Shown here: positions 40,125 to 44,469 of the stretch, piece by piece | Position numbering within the stretch: the first letter of the stretch is position 1 | Layout: each line of letters opens with the position of its first letter | From: Porphyromonas sp. | GTDB taxonomy: Bacteria > Bacteroidota > Bacteroidia > Bacteroidales > Porphyromonadaceae | Assembly (NCBI GenBank): GCA_034091595.1 | Contig: JAXFXP010000154.1 | Span: forward strand, 1 to 44,469 | Reading direction: 5' to 3' | DNA length: 44,469 nt | Made by a program: the position numbers and the translations under genes | The notes under the pieces: generated by a model | What the model saw: the letters and a program-made list of their open reading frames with translations, nothing else | Told to the model about the DNA's origin: nothing | Databases searched by the model: none

Positions 40125-41384
40125 CTAGCGAATTTTTAGGGTAACGAGTGCCAAGGCTGCTAGCATCAGGCCGATGAGGAAGAAGCGTAGCGTAATCTTA
40201 GCCTCGGGTAGGGCAGTGCGGGGTTTATTCCACAGACAGGCGATGCCACTATCGGCTCCCTTTTGGTAGTGGTGGTGTAGCGGACTCATGCGGAAGACTC
40301 GATGGCCTTCGCCAGTCTTACGCTTGGTATACTTGAAGTAGCTCACCTGAATAATCACCGACAAGCCCTCTAGGATGAAGACTCCACAGAGGATGGGGAT
40401 GAGCAACTCCTTGCGTACGATGATGGCAAAGACCCCGATGATACCCCCGAGCATCAGGCTACCGGTATCCCCCATAAAGACCTGGGCAGGGTAGCTGTTG
40501 TACCAGAGGAAGCCCAGAGTAGCGCCCACAAAGGCAGCAGCGAAGATAACGAGTTCCTCAGCGCCGACGATGTACATGATATTGAGGTAGCCAGCCATCT
40601 GGAAGTGCGAGGATACATAGGCCAGTATGCCGAGCGCTCCCCCGACGATAGCCGAAGAGCCCGAGGCTAACCCGTCTATGCCATCCGTGAGGTTTACACA
40701 GTTGGATAGCATGGTTACTACGAAGGTCGTCATCCCTATGAAGATGGCCCATCCGATGAGCTCCTTGGCAGGCCCATCGACAGGTATTATCTCGGAGTAG
40801 TCTAGGTTGTTGTTCTTGAGGAAGGGCATAGTCGTCTGCGTGCTCTTGCTCTCCATCTTGGTGAAGATAACGCGCTTGGCTCCATCCTGATGTATGACCT
40901 CACTATTCTCCTTTATTACAGTGGCAGGGCTGAGGTAGAGCGTAACGCCGACGATGAGTCCGAGGATTACCTGCCCGACAATCTTGTAGCGCCCTGCGAG
41001 ACCTTCTTTGTTCTTCTTGAAAACCTTGATGTAGTCATCCGTGAAGCCGAGTAAGAACATCAATACTGTGGTGATGAGCATCAGGATGATGTACACATTA
41101 TCGAGTCTGGTGAAAAGGAGGGTCGGGATAACAATCGCCAGGAAGATGATAATACCTCCCATTGTAGGGGTCCCCTTCTTGCTGAGCTGTCCCTCTAGCC
41201 CGAGGTTGCGTATCTCTTCACCTATCTGCAGACGCTGTAGTCTGCGTATGATGTGGTGCCCAAAGATAGTGCTAATCAATACTGCGATGATGAAGGCGAA
41301 GCCTACACGTACCGATACATAGGTCAGTAGGCGACTACCGGGGATATCTAGCTGCTGTAGGTAGTCAAAGAGGTGATAAAGCAT
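40125..41384 (-). CDS. mraY: Phospho-N-acetylmuramoyl-pentapeptide transferase
   Basis: KKGTPTMGG, GFTDDYIK, NLTDGIDGL, VFMGDTGS and PLHHH motifs. Confidence 0.97.
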   Translation of the reverse strand: MLYHLFDYLQQLDIPGSRLLTYVSVRVGFAFIIAVLISTIFGHHIIRRLQRLQIGEEIRNLGLEGQLSKKGTPTMGGIIIFLAIVIPTLLFTRLDNVYIILMLITTVLMFLLGFTDDYIKVFKKNKEGLAGRYKIVGQVILGLIVGVTLYLSPATVIKENSEVIHQDGAKRVIFTKMESKSTQTTMPFLKNNNLDYSEIIPVDGPAKELIGWAIFIGMTTFVVTMLSNCVNLTDGIDGLASGSSAIVGGALGILAYVSSHFQMAGYLNIMYIVGAEELVIFAAAFVGATLGFLWYNSYPAQVFMGDTGSLMLGGIIGVFAIIVRKELLIPILCGVFILEGLSVIIQVSYFKYTKRKTGEGHRVFRMSPLHHHYQKGADSGIACLWNKPRTALPEAKITLRFFLIGLMLAALALVTLKIR

Positions 41385-41404
41385 AAGCTGTGTCTAAATC
41401 TTGA

Positions 41405-42907
41405 TTAGGCGTTAATAATAGAGCGTACGACCTCTCTATCGTCGAAGTGATGCTTCACGCCCTGTATCTCTTGATAGTCTTCGTGCCCCTTGCCAGCGAT
41501 AAGGATGTAGTCGCCAGCCCCTGCGAGCATACAGGCTGTACGTATGGCCTCGGCACGGTCCGAGATGACGAGGCTACGGGCGCTTGCCTCGGCATCGAGC
41601 CCAGCACGCATATCCGCTAGGATGTCCTCGGGCCGCTCACTACGAGGGTTGTCGCTCGTAAGGATGACACGGTCGCTGTAGCGTGCTGCCTCAGCTGCCA
41701 TGATAGGTCGTTTGCCTTTGTCTCTATCTCCTCCGCAGCCTACGACGGTTATAATCTGCCCTCCCGAGGCCTTGGCAGTGCTTTGGCGTAGCGTCTGTAT
41801 GGTCGAGAGTACGTTTACGAGGGCATCGGGAGTATGGGCATAGTCGACGAAGGCTGTATAGCCTACCTTTTCGTTTCGGAAGGTCTCCATACGTCCGTCT
41901 ACGCTCGTGAGCGTAGAGAGGTGGCAGAGGAGCTCCTGTTGGTCCATACCGAGCAGATGTGCCGCACCATAGACGGCTAGGATGTTGTAGACGTTGAAGT
42001 CGCCTACGAGGCGTATCGTCAGCTCCTGCCCATTGATCTCTAGGTCTGTGCTGTCGGCATACTTCGTCAGTACGCGCGCCTTATACTCCGATAGGCTATG
42101 CAGGGAGTATCCATAAGGGCGAGCCGCTGTATTCTGTAGCATTACGGCTCCGTTTTTCTCATCCTTATTGACGAGAGCAAAGGCCGTGGCAGGTAGCTCA
42201 TCGAAGAAGCGTTTCTTAGCATTGAGGTACTCTAGGACCGTACCATGGTAATCTAGGTGGTCTCGGGTGAGATTGGTGAAGATGCCGCAATCGAAGTCTA
42301 TACCAGCGATGCGGCGCTGAGCTACCGAGTGGCTACTGACCTCCATAAAGACGTGGCTACAGCCTGCGTCACGCATACGAGCTAGGAGTGCCTGTAGTTC
42401 TATGGCCCCTGGGGTAGTATGCGTGCTGGGTACGGCCACAGCATCGATGTAGTTGCAGACGGTGCTGAGTAGCCCCGTAGGGTAGCCAGCAGCACGGTAG
42501 AGGCGGTATAGCAGGGTGGCTATAGTGGTCTTGCCATTGGTGCCTGTTACCCCTACGAGTCGCATAGTGCGTGAGGGATAGCCGTGGAAGGCCGAAGCTA
42601 TTAGCCCCATAGCCTCCTGGCTATCGTCTACGAGGATGTAGCATGCTGCAGGGTCTAGGGTGTCTGGTAGTGTCTCTACGACCAAAGCCTTACAGCCTGC
42701 GTCGATGACCTCAGGGATGTAGCTGTGTCCGTCTCTAGAGGTGCCACGTATGGCGAAGAAGAGAACGCTCTCTGTGGCACGACGGCTGTCGTCGCTGAGC
42801 GTTTCGATATCGATACTTTCGGGGCTAGCCGAGTGTATCGTGTAGGGTTTATTGCTCCGTCCTAGATGTGTATCCCAGGCAGAGAGGAGCAACTCATGTA
42901 GTTTCAT
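41405..42907 (-). CDS. murE: UDP-MurNAc-tripeptide synthetase (meso-DAP ligase)
   Basis: [37 protein letters not shown] (DAP-specific) and AGKGHE motifs. Confidence 0.97.
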   Translation of the reverse strand: MKLHELLLSAWDTHLGRSNKPYTIHSASPESIDIETLSDDSRRATESVLFFAIRGTSRDGHSYIPEVIDAGCKALVVETLPDTLDPAACYILVDDSQEAMGLIASAFHGYPSRTMRLVGVTGTNGKTTIATLLYRLYRAAGYPTGLLSTVCNYIDAVAVPSTHTTPGAIELQALLARMRDAGCSHVFMEVSSHSVAQRRIAGIDFDCGIFTNLTRDHLDYHGTVLEYLNAKKRFFDELPATAFALVNKDEKNGAVMLQNTAARPYGYSLHSLSEYKARVLTKYADSTDLEINGQELTIRLVGDFNVYNILAVYGAAHLLGMDQQELLCHLSTLTSVDGRMETFRNEKVGYTAFVDYAHTPDALVNVLSTIQTLRQSTAKASGGQIITVVGCGGDRDKGKRPIMAAEAARYSDRVILTSDNPRSERPEDILADMRAGLDAEASARSLVISDRAEAIRTACMLAGAGDYILIAGKGHEDYQEIQGVKHHFDDREVVRSIINA

Positions 42908-42932
42908 CTATGCTTCTAAATTTACGTTAATA

Positions 42933-42940
42933 CAAAGTTA
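42933..42940 (-). promoter_or_regulatory. -7 element (TAACTTTG) for murE
   Basis: CAAAGTTA on the plus strand, 25 nt upstream of the murE ATG. Confidence 0.7.
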
Positions 42941-43030
42941 AGATATTTGTACGACCTGCCAGCTATCTGAGCTACAGTAATCGCTTAGTTAGGGCGTGGA
43001 TGGTCCAGCTGATAGGGGGCCATTGACCTG

Positions 43031-43073
43031 CACGCTAGGGCTCCCTGACTCATAATCAGGGAGCCCTAGCGTG
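43031..43073. repeat. Perfect 18-bp inverted repeat
   Basis: CACGCTAGGGCTCCCTGA-ctcataa-TCAGGGAGCCCTAGCGTG. Confidence 0.9.
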
Positions 43074-43114
43074 TGGGCTAAGTCCTAGGCTTATCTGCCC
43101 CGAGGGAAGGTAAT

Positions 43115-43155
43115 AAAAAGGGAGCGGGAGCAGGCCCTAGGGCTTGCTCCCGCTC
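43115..43155 (-). terminator. Intrinsic terminator of oxyR
   Basis: 15-bp stem GAGCGGGAGCAGGCC/GGCTTGCTCCCGCTC; the A5 at 43115-43119 is a U-tract on the minus strand. Confidence 0.8.
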
Positions 43156-43193
43156 TATAGTTACAAATATAAACCTCTCAACAAATAAACCTC

Positions 43194-44120
43194 TTACATC
43201 AGTTGCTGCGTAGGCTTGATGCGCAGCATATCGTTGGGTATTGCAGACCTGATAAGCTCGGCTAGTACCTGCACCAGTGTAACTCTGGCGTAGTCTGCAT
43301 TGGTACATAGCGATATGGCACGGCAGGGGCGTGGTATGGCGAAGTGGCGTACTAGCTTGTGGTTCTCCTCCGATACATACTGTAGCGCTAGCTCGGGGAT
43401 GATGGTCATACCATTGCCTCGCTCTACCATATTCATAAAGGTCTGCAGGCTGCCATGGCGGTAGCTGTGCGAGGGGTTGCTCTCGCGCTTGATTTGGCAG
43501 AAGCGCAGTAGCTGATCTCGGAAACAATGCCCCTCGTCTAGTAGCCATAGGCGGTCTGGGTGTACCTGGCTAGAGCGTATATGCTTCTCCGTAAAAAGAG
43601 GCTCATTACGCGATACATAGGGGAAGAACTCCTCGAAGTATAGAGGCGTTAGTGCGAACTTGCGTGTCTCCTCATTGTCGGCCACGATGGCGATGTCTAT
43701 GGAGTGCTCTTTGAGGGCCTCTAGAGACTCAGAGGTTACGTACTCGTGGAAGTTTACCTTCAGGTCGGGTAGCTTCTCTGCCAGGATAGGCGCTATGAGT
43801 GGGATGAGATACGGGGCTACCGTAGGGATAACGCTGAGGTTGAGAGTCCCAGCAACTGTCGAGGACTCGTTGTGGATGATTTCTCCCAAGATACTCGTCT
43901 GGTGCAGGATGCGTTCGGCTTGCTCTACGATGCGAACCCCTACGTTGGTAGGGACCACAGACACGCGTGAGCGCTCGAAGAGCTTAACGCCCAGCTCCTC
44001 CTCGAGCTTCTGTACCATCGTGCTGAGCGTAGGCTGAGAAACGCTGCAACTCTCAGCCGCTCGTCCGAAGTGACGATGTTTATTTAGAGCAACGATGTAC
44101 TCTAGCTGTTGTAGGTTCAT
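43194..44120 (-). CDS. oxyR: Hydrogen peroxide-inducible LysR regulator OxyR
   Basis: LysR HTH (HFGRAAESCSVSQPTLS) and the redox pair EGHCFRDQLLRFC. Confidence 0.95.
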   Translation of the reverse strand: MNLQQLEYIVALNKHRHFGRAAESCSVSQPTLSTMVQKLEEELGVKLFERSRVSVVPTNVGVRIVEQAERILHQTSILGEIIHNESSTVAGTLNLSVIPTVAPYLIPLIAPILAEKLPDLKVNFHEYVTSESLEALKEHSIDIAIVADNEETRKFALTPLYFEEFFPYVSRNEPLFTEKHIRSSQVHPDRLWLLDEGHCFRDQLLRFCQIKRESNPSHSYRHGSLQTFMNMVERGNGMTIIPELALQYVSEENHKLVRHFAIPRPCRAISLCTNADYARVTLVQVLAELIRSAIPNDMLRIKPTQQLM

Positions 44121-44148
44121 AAAACAATGATTTATATCTATTTATCTG

Positions 44149-44156
44149 CAAAGATA
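44149..44156 (-). promoter_or_regulatory. -7 element (TATCTTTG) for oxyR
   Basis: CAAAGATA on the plus strand, 28 nt upstream of the oxyR ATG. Confidence 0.7.
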
Positions 44157-44328
44157 ACGAATATAAACTAAAAGGCCTACAGCAGACTATTGCATAATAA
44201 CTCTCTAAGTGCGTTATCCTCCACCTCAATTGGGGCCATATCCTCTGGGCTTTGCTCCTGTGGCTCTCATGGAGGGCAGTAGGCTTAGGATTATTCAATA
44301 AAATATCACAGCAGGCATGCTATGAGCA

Positions 44329-44469
44329 CAGGGCAACCGCATCAAATTCTGAGAAGCTTCCGGAGGTATTCTGGATTCATCGCCGCTTTGAACATTCTTT
44401 TCTTCACAGAGTGCTTATCTTTCTGAGCCTTAACGATCCCCAAGGCCAGCTTCCTCAAGACGTTTAGGG
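44329..44469 (-). mobile_element. Right end of an ISAs1-family insertion sequence (truncated by window end)
   Basis: Terminal inverted repeat CAGGGCAACCGCATCAAA (44329-44346), preceded on the minus strand by a transposase C-terminus. Confidence 0.9.
44342..44469 (-). CDS. ISAs1-family transposase, C-terminal fragment (partial)
   Basis: Manual translation gives LNVLRKLALGIVKAQKDKHSVKKRMFKAAMNPEYLRKLLRI*, a typical ISAs1 C-terminus. The TGA stop lies inside the inverted repeat. Confidence 0.85.
   Translation of the reverse strand, partial: LNVLRKLALGIVKAQKDKHSVKKRMFKAAMNPEYLRKLLRI

Noticed and set aside
227-44120. Stop-codon recoding (TAG or TGA read as sense)
   Set aside because: All recognisable genes are full length under the standard code and TAG stops fall at expected C-termini. 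Only the absence of TGA stops is supported.
44157-44210. OxyR operator (ATAG-N7-CTAT repeats)
   Set aside because: The candidate tetramers do not fall at the required spacing.
187-44467. Numerous short antisense or alternate-frame ORFs in the ORF track
   Set aside because: They are shadows of well-supported genes. The 44252-44467 ORF is largely antisense to the IS transposase end.
1-44469. Composite transposon or circular element
   Set aside because: The cargo is core chromosomal DNA, the inner flanks share no target duplication, and no replication or transfer genes are present.

Overview
A chromosomal segment from a Bacteroidales bacterium, most likely Porphyromonas. This rests on the porX-tsaE-tdk-e(P4) gene order, a T9SS cargo protein and TAnnTTTG -7 promoters before most transcription units. 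Both ends run about 140 nt into co-oriented ISAs1-family insertion sequences, which the ORF track missed, so this is probably an IS-bounded contig. The 30 host genes include housekeeping loci (sdhCAB, ftsK-lolA, pgk, murE-mraY, tdk, tsaE, oxyR, porX). They also include nutrient-acquisition genes (GH20, SusC/SusD, a T9SS reprolysin-like protease with 228-bp repeats, a GH31 with dockerin and cohesin modules), a GT87-GT2-deacetylase module, a pyruvoyl arginine decarboxylase and an AT-rich lipoprotein paired with an outer-membrane protein. The most unusual signals are: (i) none of the 30 host genes ends in TGA (16 TAA, 14 TAG); (ii) CTAG, usually among the rarest bacterial tetramers, is abundant; (iii) an ArnCDT-like lipid-linked amino-sugar transfer module lies downstream of ftsK-lolA; (iv) a foreign-looking lipoprotein gene overlaps a host-like beta-barrel gene; (v) several 5' leaders look structured. 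No rRNA, tRNA or CRISPR array was seen. All calls are by eye and motif recall; no searches were run.
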